Positions 32,092 to 41,733 of a DNA stretch of 64,000 nucleotides are shown here, in pieces. The position numbers and the translations under genes were made by a program. Each line of letters begins with the position of its first letter. Position 1 is the stretch's first letter. The notes under the pieces were generated by a model, which made no database searches, was not told the DNA's origin, and was given only the letters and a program-made list of their open reading frames with translations. The stretch lies in NCBI GenBank assembly GCA_963709345.1, contig CAVPVX010000011.1, forward strand, positions 160,001-224,000, written 5' to 3'. Source of the stretch: an uncultured Actinomycetes bacterium (GTDB taxonomy: Bacteria; Actinomycetota; Thermoleophilia; UBA2241).

Positions 32092-33011
32092 GCACTCCAG
32101 AGATGAGAGTGACCGACTCGGAGCTCGTCGAGCCGCCGGTCGTGCACGCCGACAACCGGCCCTCCGAGTGGCTCATGATGCTGCGCGAGGCGTGGCGCAT
32201 GGGCCGCACCAAGATCGGCGTCGGCATCTTCGCGATCATCGTCCTCATCGCCGTCGTCGGCCCGTGGGTGGCGCCGTACTCGCCCACCGAGTTCGTCGCG
32301 CCGCCGTTCTCGCCGCCCGAAGTCTCCAAGATGTGGCTGGGCAGCGACTACATCGGCCACGATGTGCTCACGCGCGTGCTCTACGGCGGCCGTACCGTCA
32401 TCCTGCTCGCCCTCGCGGCCACGGTCATCGGCCTCGTCCTGGGCGTGACCCTGGGACTTGTCACCGGCTACGCGCGGCGCTGGATCGACGAGTCGATCAT
32501 GCGCATCCTGGACGTCGTCCTCGCGTTCCCGCAGATCGTGCTCGCGCTGCTCTTCGTTTCGATCCTTGGGCCGAGGCTCTGGCTCATCGTGCTCATCGTC
32601 GGCATTTCGCACGCGCCGCGCATCGCGCGCGTCGCGCGGGCTGCCACGCTCGAGGTCTCGCAGCGCGACTTCGTGCTCGCCGCCGAGGCCTTCGGCATCG
32701 CGCGCTGGAAGATCCTCTTCAACGAGATCCTGCCGAGCATCACCAGCCCGCTGCTGGTCGAGTTCGGCCTGCGCCTCACCTACTCGATCGGTGTCATCGC
32801 CGCGCTGTCGTTCCTCGGCTTCGGCATGCAGCCGCCGGCGGCCGACTGGGGCCTGATGATCAACGAGAACCGCATCGGCCTCATCATCCAGCCGTGGCCG
32901 GTCGCGGTCCCCGTGATACTCATCGGCATCCTGACGATCGGCACCAACCTGATCGCGGACGGCCTCGGCCGCTCCCTGATCGGCATCGAGCGCGACACGG
33001 GGGTAGGGTGA
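32088..33011 (+). CDS. ABC permease (DppC-like)
   Basis: LGSDYIGHDVLTRVLYGGR, DFVLAAEAFG and LSFLGFG..PP.ADWG motifs. Confidence 0.92.
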   Translation: MSTPEMRVTDSELVEPPVVHADNRPSEWLMMLREAWRMGRTKIGVGIFAIIVLIAVVGPWVAPYSPTEFVAPPFSPPEVSKMWLGSDYIGHDVLTRVLYGGRTVILLALAATVIGLVLGVTLGLVTGYARRWIDESIMRILDVVLAFPQIVLALLFVSILGPRLWLIVLIVGISHAPRIARVARAATLEVSQRDFVLAAEAFGIARWKILFNEILPSITSPLLVEFGLRLTYSIGVIAALSFLGFGMQPPAADWGLMINENRIGLIIQPWPVAVPVILIGILTIGTNLIADGLGRSLIGIERDTGVG

Positions 33012-34831
33012 TGGAGACCGCTACTGAGAACACCGCTGCTGCTCCGGAGCTCGAGGCCGTCCTCAAGGTCGAGGGACTGCGCATCGTCCTCGACCCCTCG
33101 GGCGTCGACATCGACGACGACATCTCGCTGGCGATCCACCGCGGCGAGGTTCTGGGGCTCGTCGGCGAGTCCGCGTCGGGCAAGACGACCGTCGGAACCA
33201 GCTTGCTCGATTACCAGCGCCGCGGCGCCAAGATCGCTGGGGGGCATGTCGAGATCGACGGCCGTGACATCCTTGCCATGGATCCCGGCACGTTGCGCAG
33301 CGTCCGCGGGGGGCAGATCAGCTATGTGCCCCAGGACTCCTCGGCGGCGCTGAACCCTGCGCTGCGCATCGGCACGCAGCTCATGGAGATCCTCGAGGTG
33401 CACGGCTTCGGCTCGTCGTCGGCGGACCGTGACGCCCGCCTTGCTCAGATGATGTCGGAGGTGCTGCTGCCGTCGGACAAGCAGTTCCTCCGCCGGTACC
33501 CGCATCAGCTCTCCGGCGGCCAGCAGCAGCGGGTCGCCATCGCCATGGCGTTCGCCAACCGGCCCAAGGTCATCGTCCTCGACGAGCCGACCACCGCCCT
33601 CGACGTGACCACCCAGGCGCACGTGCTCGACACCGTGCGCGACCTCACCAAGTCGTACGGGGTCGCGGCGCTGTACATCACCCACGACCTCGCCGTGGTC
33701 TCCAACCTCGCCGACCGCATCGCCGTCATGTACGCCGGCAGGGTGGTCGAGACGGGCACGCGCGACGAGCTGTTCGACCAGGGGCACCACCCGTACACGC
33801 GCAAGCTGCTCGCCTCGATCCCCGACATCACCGGGGAGCGCGCTCTGCGCGGCATACCCGGCTGGGCCCCCCGTCCGGGACAGCGACCCAGCGGCTGTTC
33901 CTTCACGCCGCGCTGCGACTGGGCGGTCGACAAGTGCGGGGAGCAGTTCCCGCCGGTTGAGCAGGTGAGCCCGGGGCACAACGTTCGCTGCTGGCGCTAC
34001 ACGGAGGTCGGCGCGCAGACGGCCGTGCTCGACGTCCAATTGCGCGACAAGTCGCTCTCCGCTCGTGAGACGCCGGACAAGCAGGTCATCAGCGTGCGCG
34101 ACGTGACGGCTTACTACCAGCACAAGGAGACGCTGCACGACATAAGTGCCAGTCTCAGCGAGCGCCGCTGCCTGTCGCTCGTCGGCGAGTCGGGGTCCGG
34201 CAAGACGACCTTGGCGCGCTGCATCGCCGGCCTGCACCGGCACAAGATCGTCGGCGACATCGACTTCATGGGCAAGCCCCTGGTGCGCGACGCGCGCCGC
34301 CGGCCGCGTGCGACCCGGCAGTCGATCCAGTACATCTTCCAGAGCCCCTACAGCTCGCTCAACCCGCGCAAGACGATCGCCCAGATCCTCTCGCAGCCGC
34401 TGAAGGTCTTCTTCGACCTCTCGCGCGACGAGATGGAGGATCGGATGGTGAAGGCGCTCGAGCAGGTGGCGCTCGACTCCTCTCTGCTGAGCCGCTACCC
34501 GGACCAGCTCTCCGGCGGCGAGCGCCAGCGTTTGGCCATCGCCCGCAGCCTGGCAGCCGAGCCCACGGTGCTGATCTGCGATGAGGTGACCTCGTGGCTG
34601 GACGTCTCCGTGCAGGCGGCGATCATCGAGCTGCTGGCGGCGCTGCAGCGCGACATGGGTCTCTCGATGCTGTTCGTGACCCACAACCTGGCGCTGGTGC
34701 GCAGCATCTCGCAGGAGGTCGCGGTGATGAACGAGGGCCGCATCGTCGAGTACGGGCTCGTCGACGCGGTGCTCGAAGACCCGCAGGCTGACTACACCAG
34801 GAAACTGCTGTCGGACACACCGACGGTGTAG
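33011..34831 (+). CDS. ABC ATP-binding protein, fused DppD/DppF
   Basis: Two Walker A motifs (GESASGKT, GESGSGKT) and two LSGG signatures; ends in TAG. Confidence 0.93.
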   Translation: METATENTAAAPELEAVLKVEGLRIVLDPSGVDIDDDISLAIHRGEVLGLVGESASGKTTVGTSLLDYQRRGAKIAGGHVEIDGRDILAMDPGTLRSVRGGQISYVPQDSSAALNPALRIGTQLMEILEVHGFGSSSADRDARLAQMMSEVLLPSDKQFLRRYPHQLSGGQQQRVAIAMAFANRPKVIVLDEPTTALDVTTQAHVLDTVRDLTKSYGVAALYITHDLAVVSNLADRIAVMYAGRVVETGTRDELFDQGHHPYTRKLLASIPDITGERALRGIPGWAPRPGQRPSGCSFTPRCDWAVDKCGEQFPPVEQVSPGHNVRCWRYTEVGAQTAVLDVQLRDKSLSARETPDKQVISVRDVTAYYQHKETLHDISASLSERRCLSLVGESGSGKTTLARCIAGLHRHKIVGDIDFMGKPLVRDARRRPRATRQSIQYIFQSPYSSLNPRKTIAQILSQPLKVFFDLSRDEMEDRMVKALEQVALDSSLLSRYPDQLSGGERQRLAIARSLAAEPTVLICDEVTSWLDVSVQAAIIELLAALQRDMGLSMLFVTHNLALVRSISQEVAVMNEGRIVEYGLVDAVLEDPQADYTRKLLSDTPTV

Positions 34832-34996
34832 GTGGGCTCGGCGGGCGGGCGGACGCAACTCCGCCCGCCGCCGGATCGCCTTCTCTCGTCGCACCCTGCC
34901 GCCGGTCGTGCCGGCTTCGCGGCTCCTCCGGCGCACGGAGTCCTACAGCGATCGGACCAACGGAATCGACCCAAGCATGAAGATCGGAGGAGGCCC

Positions 34997-36448
34997 GTGC
35001 GTGCGCACATGACCTGGCTGGACGAGACCGAGAAGCGGTCGTTCGTCGAAGAGGCGCTGGGCATCCTCGAGCGCGTGGGCGTCGAGCTCAAGGGGTCGGC
35101 GGCGCTGACCGTCCTCGCGGACCTCGGGGCGGACGTCGATCTCGCCACCGGGATCGTGCGTTTTCCGCCCGACCTGGTGCTGCGCGCCGTCGAGGCGTGC
35201 CCGCGCCGGGTGCTCTTCGCCGGGTCGTCGCCCGAGCACGACGTGGCGCTGGACGAGGGAGAGCCGGCGCACTTCTGCTCGTCGGGCTGCGCCGCGTTCG
35301 TGCTCGACCACGAGACGGGCAGCAGGCGTCCCTCGACGCTGACCGACCTGCAGGCGGCGACGATCCTGCTCGACGAAGTTCCCGAAGTCGACGTCCTGTG
35401 GACGACGATCACGGCCGGCGACGTGCCGGTCGAGATCCGCGAGCTGGTCGTCTGCTACGTGGTGCTCACCGAGACGCGCAAGCACGTCACGCTCGTCGAC
35501 AGCCCCTCGCAAGCCGAGCCGTTGCTGCGCATCATGGACGTGGTCTCGGGAGACGCCGAGGCGTTCCGGGAGCGGCCGCGGTTCAGCACGCTGCTCACCG
35601 CGGCGTCTCCGCTCCGCATCGACGGGCCGCTTCTCGACTTCCACGCGGCCACGGCGCGGCGCGGGGCGCCCGTCGAGGTCTACACAGTGCCCATGGCTGG
35701 AGCCACGTCGCCGGTGACGCCGGCCGGGACCGTCGTGCAGGGTCTGGCCGAGTTCCTGGCGATCGCGACCGCCCTGCAGGCGCTGGCTCCGGGGGCCCGG
35801 GTCGTCATGGGAGTCTCGGGCTCCATCATGGACATGCGTTCCGCGGGGGTCTCGTACGCAGCGCCGGAATGCACGCTGATGAACGTCGCCTGCGTGGAGC
35901 TCGCGCATCACCTGGGAGTGCCTGCGGCCGTTCCGGGCCTCGCGACCGACGCCAAGTACGCCGGCGTGCAGGCGGGGTATGAGAAGGCGCTCAAAGGCCT
36001 CGCGACGGCCGGCGTGGGCGCCGACGTGCTGAGCGGCGGCGTGGGCATGATCGACTCGGTCAACACGCTGTTCCTGCCCCAGATCGTCCTGGACGCGGAG
36101 GTGGCCGGAATGATCCGCCGCGTGCTCGGCGACGTCGCCACCGGGCGCGACGACATGATGGTGGAGATGATCGAGCGGGTGGGCATCGGCGGCGACTTTC
36201 TCAAGGAGAAGGAGACCGCCCGGCGGCTGCGCGCCGGCGAGCACTTCGCCCCCGCGATCTCGTCACGCCAGGCCTACGACCAGTGGGTCGGCGACGGGCG
36301 CGACGAGGTGGCTCGGGCGAGGGAGCGCATGGATGCGCTCTTCGCCGCCCGGGCCGAGCGCGGCCGGATGCTCCATGAGGAGACCCGGGCCGAGCTCGCC
36401 GCCGTCTGCGGGGTGACCGCGGAGATGGAGCTCGCGCTCGGCCACTGA
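34997..36448 (+). CDS. Non-pyrrolysine MttB-superfamily methyltransferase (paralog of 18550..19989)
   Basis: PMAGATSPVTPAGT and GLATDAKYAGVQAGYEK motifs; Ala at the Pyl-equivalent position. Confidence 0.9.
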   Translation: MRAHMTWLDETEKRSFVEEALGILERVGVELKGSAALTVLADLGADVDLATGIVRFPPDLVLRAVEACPRRVLFAGSSPEHDVALDEGEPAHFCSSGCAAFVLDHETGSRRPSTLTDLQAATILLDEVPEVDVLWTTITAGDVPVEIRELVVCYVVLTETRKHVTLVDSPSQAEPLLRIMDVVSGDAEAFRERPRFSTLLTAASPLRIDGPLLDFHAATARRGAPVEVYTVPMAGATSPVTPAGTVVQGLAEFLAIATALQALAPGARVVMGVSGSIMDMRSAGVSYAAPECTLMNVACVELAHHLGVPAAVPGLATDAKYAGVQAGYEKALKGLATAGVGADVLSGGVGMIDSVNTLFLPQIVLDAEVAGMIRRVLGDVATGRDDMMVEMIERVGIGGDFLKEKETARRLRAGEHFAPAISSRQAYDQWVGDGRDEVARARERMDALFAARAERGRMLHEETRAELAAVCGVTAEMELALGH

Positions 36449-36514
36449 CCGGCGGCATCCGCGTCGGCTCGGTGGACGCTGCCGGCGGGCGGCCGCGGCG
36501 CAGCGGGGACCATG

Positions 36515-36557
36515 TTGACACCTGGACGGGGAGCCCTTAGGTTTCCACCTGGGTGGA
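36515..36557 (+). promoter_or_regulatory. Promoter plus operator of the aminotransferase-gap-pgk-larA operon
   Basis: TTGACA-17 bp-TAGGTT, then TCCACC-TG-GGTGGA. Confidence 0.78.
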
Positions 36558-36579
36558 TACCGCAGGAGAGGAAGGAAGC

Positions 36580-37953
36580 ATGGCAGAGCAGGATCCGGCC
36601 GTGGCCGGGGGGGTCAAGGAGGAGTTTCTCGAGCAGCACCTCTGGCCGCCGTTCACGCAGATGCAGAACCTCAAGCCCATCGTGATGGAGCGAGCCGAGG
36701 GCGCGCTCGTCTGGGACAGCGACGGCAACGAGTACATCGACGCGTTCGCCAGCCTCTGGACGGTCAACGTTGGTCACGGCCGCACCGAGATCCACGACGC
36801 CATCAAGGCGCAGATGGAGAAGCTCTCCATCTACCACATCTTCCAGATCGCCAACGAGCCCGCGGTCAAGCTCGCGAACAAGGTCGCCCAACTGGCGCCC
36901 GGCGACCTCGACCACGTGTTCCTCACGCTCGGCGGCGGGGAGTCGGTCGAGACCGCCGTCAAGATGGTGCGCCAGTACTGGCGCAACAAGGGCAAGGGCA
37001 CCAAGTACATGGTCATGTTCCGCGACCGCTCGTACCACGGCACGACCATGACCAGCACCAGCGCCCAGGGCCTCACCGTGAACCGCGCCAAGTTCGAGCC
37101 CATGCTCCCGGGCTTCATCAAGCTCGGCGCTCCCTACTGCTACCGCTGTGCCTGGAACAAGACCTACGGTGAAGACTGCAAGATGGAGTGCGCGAAGCAG
37201 GTCGAGACGGAGATCGACTTCTACGGCCCCGAGAACGTCGGCACCATGCTCGGCGAGACCATGATCGGCACCGGCGGCGTGATCCCGCCGCCGCCGGAGT
37301 ACTGGCCGATGGTCAACGACATCTGCAGGGCGAACGACGTCCTCGTGATCAACGACGAGGTCATCACCGGCTTCGGTCGCAGCGGCACCTGGTTCGGCTT
37401 CGAGCAGTTCGGCTCGAACCCCGACCTCGTCACGCTCGCCAAGGGCCTCTCGAGCGGCTACCTGCCGCTCGGCGCGGTGCTCGCGCGCGACCACGTCTAC
37501 GAGGCGTTCCTCGGCGGCCCCGCCGAGGCGTTCATGAGCGGCGCCACCTACATGGGGCACCCACTGTGCTGCGCCGCCGGCGTCGCCAACCTCGAGATCA
37601 TCGAGCGCGAGAAGCTGGTCGAGCGCTGCGCCGAGGTGGGAGCGTATATGCAGGAGGGGCTCGCCACACTGCTCAAGCACCCCATCGTCGGCGACGTGCG
37701 CGGCGTCGGCCTCGTCGCCGGCATCGAGTACGTGCAGGACAAGGAGACGCGCGAGTGGTTCGCGCCGGCGCAGGGCGTCGCCGCCAAGATCCGCGACGAG
37801 GCCTTCAAGCGCGGCGTCTTCGTGCGTCTGCTGGGGGGCGGCCACGTGACCGCGGTCGCGCCGCCGTTCATCATCAGCAAGGAGCAGATCGACACCGTCG
37901 TCGGCGCCCTCGACGAGTCCATCGGCGTCGTCGAGAAGCAACTCGGTTACTGA
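36580..37953 (+). CDS. Class III PLP omega-aminotransferase
   Basis: SLWTVNVGHGR, SYHGTT, DEVITGFGRSG and AKGLSSGYLP motifs. Confidence 0.93.
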   Translation: MAEQDPAVAGGVKEEFLEQHLWPPFTQMQNLKPIVMERAEGALVWDSDGNEYIDAFASLWTVNVGHGRTEIHDAIKAQMEKLSIYHIFQIANEPAVKLANKVAQLAPGDLDHVFLTLGGGESVETAVKMVRQYWRNKGKGTKYMVMFRDRSYHGTTMTSTSAQGLTVNRAKFEPMLPGFIKLGAPYCYRCAWNKTYGEDCKMECAKQVETEIDFYGPENVGTMLGETMIGTGGVIPPPPEYWPMVNDICRANDVLVINDEVITGFGRSGTWFGFEQFGSNPDLVTLAKGLSSGYLPLGAVLARDHVYEAFLGGPAEAFMSGATYMGHPLCCAAGVANLEIIEREKLVERCAEVGAYMQEGLATLLKHPIVGDVRGVGLVAGIEYVQDKETREWFAPAQGVAAKIRDEAFKRGVFVRLLGGGHVTAVAPPFIISKEQIDTVVGALDESIGVVEKQLGY

Positions 37954-37984
37954 CCGCTCACAGCGAACCGCAAGGAGCACGACA

Positions 37985-39004
37985 ATGGCAAAGCCCAGAG
38001 TAGGTGTGGTCGGCTACGGCGTCATCGGTCAGCGTCTGGCCGACGGCGTCGCCCTGCAGGAGGACATGGAGCTCGTCGGCGTCGTCGACGTGGCCCCGAC
38101 GCTCTCGACGAGGGCTCTCTGCGAGTCCGGCATGCCCTACGACCTGTACGTCGTCGAGGCGGGCCAGAAGGCCGCCTTCGACGCGGCCGGCATTCCCGTG
38201 AGCGGCACCATGGACGACCTGCTTGGCAAGGTCGACATCGTGCTCGACTCCTCGCCCGGCGGCGTCGGCCGCAAGAACAAGGAGCTCTACCAGGCGAAGG
38301 GCGTCAAGGCGATCTTCCAGGGCGGCGAGACGAACGACATCGTCGACGTCTTCTTCCACGGCTACGCCAATTACGAGAAGGGCGTCGGCAAGGACTACCT
38401 CAAGCTGACGAGCTGCAATACGACGGGCCTCATTCGCGCCGTCGACTGCCTCGACCGCGAGGTCGGCGTGGAGCGCGTGATCGTCACCATCGTGCGCCGC
38501 GTCGCCGACCCGGGCGACACGCACCGCGGCCTCGTCGACGTGGCCCAGGTGGAGCCGGTGCCGAACCATCAGGCGCTCGACCTCATGACGATCATGCCGC
38601 ACATCGAGGCCACCGGCCTGCTCGTGCACGTGCCGACCACGCACGGCCACATCATCAACGTCATCGCCACCACCAAGGGCGACATCAGCAAGGAGCGGGC
38701 GCTCGAGCTCTTCGAAGCCCACCCGCGCATCCGCAACGTCAAGATCGCCGACGGCTTCAACAGCAACTCGGCGCTCTTCCGCTACGCCCGTGAGCTCGGC
38801 AACAAGCGCGCCGACATGTACGACATCGCCGTGTTCGACGAGACCATCGCCAAGAGCGGCCGCGAGTTCATGTTCGCGATCAACATCCCGCAGGAGGCGG
38901 TCGTCATCCCCGAGACCGTCGACGGCATCCGCGCCGCGCTCTCCCTGCAGACCGACCGCCTTGAGGCCGTGGGCCTCACCAACACGTACCTCGGGCTCGC
39001 CTGA
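37985..39004 (+). CDS. Type II (archaeal-type) phosphorylating glyceraldehyde-3-phosphate dehydrogenase homolog
   Basis: GYGVIGQRLAD, IFQGGE, SCNTTGL, RRVADP and QEAVVIPETVD motifs. Confidence 0.9.
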   Translation: MAKPRVGVVGYGVIGQRLADGVALQEDMELVGVVDVAPTLSTRALCESGMPYDLYVVEAGQKAAFDAAGIPVSGTMDDLLGKVDIVLDSSPGGVGRKNKELYQAKGVKAIFQGGETNDIVDVFFHGYANYEKGVGKDYLKLTSCNTTGLIRAVDCLDREVGVERVIVTIVRRVADPGDTHRGLVDVAQVEPVPNHQALDLMTIMPHIEATGLLVHVPTTHGHIINVIATTKGDISKERALELFEAHPRIRNVKIADGFNSNSALFRYARELGNKRADMYDIAVFDETIAKSGREFMFAINIPQEAVVIPETVDGIRAALSLQTDRLEAVGLTNTYLGLA

Positions 39005-39052
39005 GCGGCACGGACTGACGGCACAAGCGGCTCGGGGAGGCGAGAGGCGCAG

Positions 39053-40303
39053 GTGAAGTACGGCATCCACACCCTGGATGACTTCGAGTGGGGCGGCAAG
39101 GTCGTGCTCTGCCGGGTCGACATCAACGCGCCGCTCGACCCCGAGACGGGGGGGCTGCGCGACGTCACCCGGCTGGAGGGTTGCGCGCCGACGGTCCGCG
39201 AGCTGGCGGAGGCCGGCGCCAGGGTCGTGCTCCTCGCCCACCAGGGCGGCGACCTCGAGTACCACAACTACGCGACGACCGAGAAGCACGCGCCGGTGGT
39301 GAGCGAGCTGACCAGGCGCCCCGTCGCCTTCATCGACGACGTCTGCGGGCCGGCCGCGCGCGAGGCCATCGGCCGGCTCGCGGACGGCGACGTCCTCCTG
39401 CTCGACAACGTGCGCTTCTGCGCCGAGGAGCTGACTCTCTTCGAGCGCAAACTCGACCTCTCGCCCGAGCAGCAGGCGAAGACGCTGGTGGTGCGCAAGC
39501 TGGCGCCGCTCGCCGACCTCTACGTGTGCGACGCATTTGCCGCCGCGCACCGCTCGCAGCCCACCCTGGTCGGCTTCGAGCAGCTCCTTCTGTCGGCCAT
39601 GGGCCGGCTTTTCGAGCGCGAGTACTCCAACCTTGCGCGTCTGCGCGCCGAGCCGGCGCGCCCGTGCGTGTTCGTGCTCGGCGGGACGAAGATCCAGGAG
39701 GCCTTCCCGATGATGGCAGCCGCTCTGCGCGACGGCATGGTCGACACCGTCCTCGCCGCCGGCGTCGTCGCGAACGTCATGCTCGCCGCCAAAGGCGTCG
39801 ACATAGGCGAGCCGTCCCTGGAGTTCATCAGGGCCGGCCAGCTGGAGAGGTTCATCGAGGAGTCGAAGGCGATCCTGGCCGATCACGGCGACAAGGTCGT
39901 GCTGCCCGCCGACGTCGCCTGCGTGAAGGCCGGCGGCCGCGTCGAGCTGGCGTCGGCCGATCTGCCCGTGGACGCGCAGCTCGTCGACATAGGCCACCGG
40001 GCCGTCGACGAGTACCGGCGGCGCATCGCCGCCGCCGGCACGGTGTTCGCCAACGGCCCGGCCGGCGTCTTCGAGCAGCCCGAGACCGAGTACGGCACGC
40101 GCTCGCTCTGGAAGGCGATGGCGACCACCGCCGGCTTCAGCGCCCTGGGCGGCGGCGACTCCGTCGCCGCCATGAACCGCTTCGGCCTCGCCGGCCGCTT
40201 CGACTACGTCTGCACGGCCGGCGGCGCCATGGTCCAGTTCCTCAGCGGCAAGCCGATGCCCGTGATCGAGGCGCTCAAGGCCTCGGCTGCGCGCTTCGCA
40301 TGA
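39053..40303 (+). CDS. pgk: Archaeal-type phosphoglycerate kinase homolog
   Basis: RVDINAP, NVRF, DAFAAAHRSQP, NGPAGVFE, GGGDS and TAGGA motifs. Confidence 0.88.
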   Translation: MKYGIHTLDDFEWGGKVVLCRVDINAPLDPETGGLRDVTRLEGCAPTVRELAEAGARVVLLAHQGGDLEYHNYATTEKHAPVVSELTRRPVAFIDDVCGPAAREAIGRLADGDVLLLDNVRFCAEELTLFERKLDLSPEQQAKTLVVRKLAPLADLYVCDAFAAAHRSQPTLVGFEQLLLSAMGRLFEREYSNLARLRAEPARPCVFVLGGTKIQEAFPMMAAALRDGMVDTVLAAGVVANVMLAAKGVDIGEPSLEFIRAGQLERFIEESKAILADHGDKVVLPADVACVKAGGRVELASADLPVDAQLVDIGHRAVDEYRRRIAAAGTVFANGPAGVFEQPETEYGTRSLWKAMATTAGFSALGGGDSVAAMNRFGLAGRFDYVCTAGGAMVQFLSGKPMPVIEALKASAARFA

Positions 40304-41574
40304 AGCTGACGATCCCCTACGGCGACGGGGAACTGCCGTTCGAGTTGCCCGATGCCTGCCTGATGGACGTCGTACGCCCCGGCTGCGGCCTCGGGGAGGA
40401 GGCGGACCCGCCGACGGCGCCCTCCGCCGCCGAGGAGCAGGCGGAGATACGGCGTGCCCTGGCGGAGCCCGTCGGCACGCCGCCGCTCGCCGAGCTGGCG
40501 GCCGGGGCGGGCAGCGCGGCCGTCGTCGTCAGCGACGTCACGCGGCCATGCCCCTCGTATCGCTTTCTGCCGGCCCTGCTCGCCGAGCTGGCGCCGATCG
40601 CGCCGGAGCGCGTCAGCATCCTCTTCGCGCTCGGCGGTCATCGCGCCCACACGCACGAGGAGCAGGTGCGACTGGTCGGCGAGGAGGTGGCCGCGAGCGG
40701 CGTCCGCCTCCTCGACCTCGACCCGGCGCGCTGCGTGCCGGTCGGCACGACCTCGCGGGGCACGCGCCTCGAGGTCTTCAAGCCGTATCTGGACGCCGAC
40801 CTGCGCGTGTGCACCGGCAACATCGAGTACCACTACTTCGCCGGGTTCAGCGGCGGGGCCAAGGCCGTGGTGCCGGGTCTGTGCTCCTACGCCGCCATCA
40901 GCGACAACCACAGCATGATGCTGGCGCCGGCGGCGAGGGCCGGGGTCATGGACGGCAACCCGGTGCGCGAGGACATCGACGAGGCCGGCGGCATGATCGG
41001 CATCGACTCCATCTTCAACGTGCTGCTCGACGAGGACAAGCGCATCATCGGCGCTGTGGCCGGGCACCATCTGGAGGCTCACAGGGTGGGGGCGGCAGCG
41101 TACGACCGGCGCTGCGACCTGCGCATCCCCGCGCCTGCCGACATCGTGATCGCTTCGCCCGGGGGCAGACCCAAGGACATGAATCTCTACCAGGCGCAGA
41201 AGACGCTCGACAACGTGGGCGGCGCGGTCCGTGACGGAGGCGTCGTGATCCTCGTGGCGCGCTGCCGTGAGGGATTCGGTCAATCGGTCTTCGAGGATTG
41301 GATGCGCGGCATGGGCTCGCCGCAGGCGCTCATCGACAGGATCCGGGAGGAGTTCGTCCTCGGCGGCCACAAGGCGGCGGCGATCGCCGGGCTGCTCGCC
41401 CGGGCGCGCGTCTATCTGGTCTCGGAGTTCCCGGACGATGTGGTCGAGAGCATGTGCATGCGGCCCTTCGCCACCGTCGACGGCGCCGTGCGGGCCGCCC
41501 TTGCCGAGGTCGGCGCCGACGCTCGCAGCCTCGTCGTGCCGCACGGCAGCCGGGTCACGGCCGGGACCGCGTAG
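40300..41574 (+). CDS. larA: LarA-family nickel-pincer 2-hydroxyacid racemase/epimerase
   Basis: SDVTRP, ALGGHR, HYFAGFSGGAK and DMNLYQAQK motifs. Confidence 0.88.
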   Translation: MKLTIPYGDGELPFELPDACLMDVVRPGCGLGEEADPPTAPSAAEEQAEIRRALAEPVGTPPLAELAAGAGSAAVVVSDVTRPCPSYRFLPALLAELAPIAPERVSILFALGGHRAHTHEEQVRLVGEEVAASGVRLLDLDPARCVPVGTTSRGTRLEVFKPYLDADLRVCTGNIEYHYFAGFSGGAKAVVPGLCSYAAISDNHSMMLAPAARAGVMDGNPVREDIDEAGGMIGIDSIFNVLLDEDKRIIGAVAGHHLEAHRVGAAAYDRRCDLRIPAPADIVIASPGGRPKDMNLYQAQKTLDNVGGAVRDGGVVILVARCREGFGQSVFEDWMRGMGSPQALIDRIREEFVLGGHKAAAIAGLLARARVYLVSEFPDDVVESMCMRPFATVDGAVRAALAEVGADARSLVVPHGSRVTAGTA

Positions 41575-41733
41575 TCGCGCCGGTGGAGCGGCCGGGCGCG
41601 GTGGCGCGCCCGTGCCGGCGCCCCGGGTCCGAGACGAGAAGAGAACGGCGGGCCGCCCTGCGGCGGCCCGCCGTTCTCCGCGTCTCCCCGGCGCTCGCGC
41701 GGGGAGGGCCTCGTCAGGACGACGGCGGGGACG

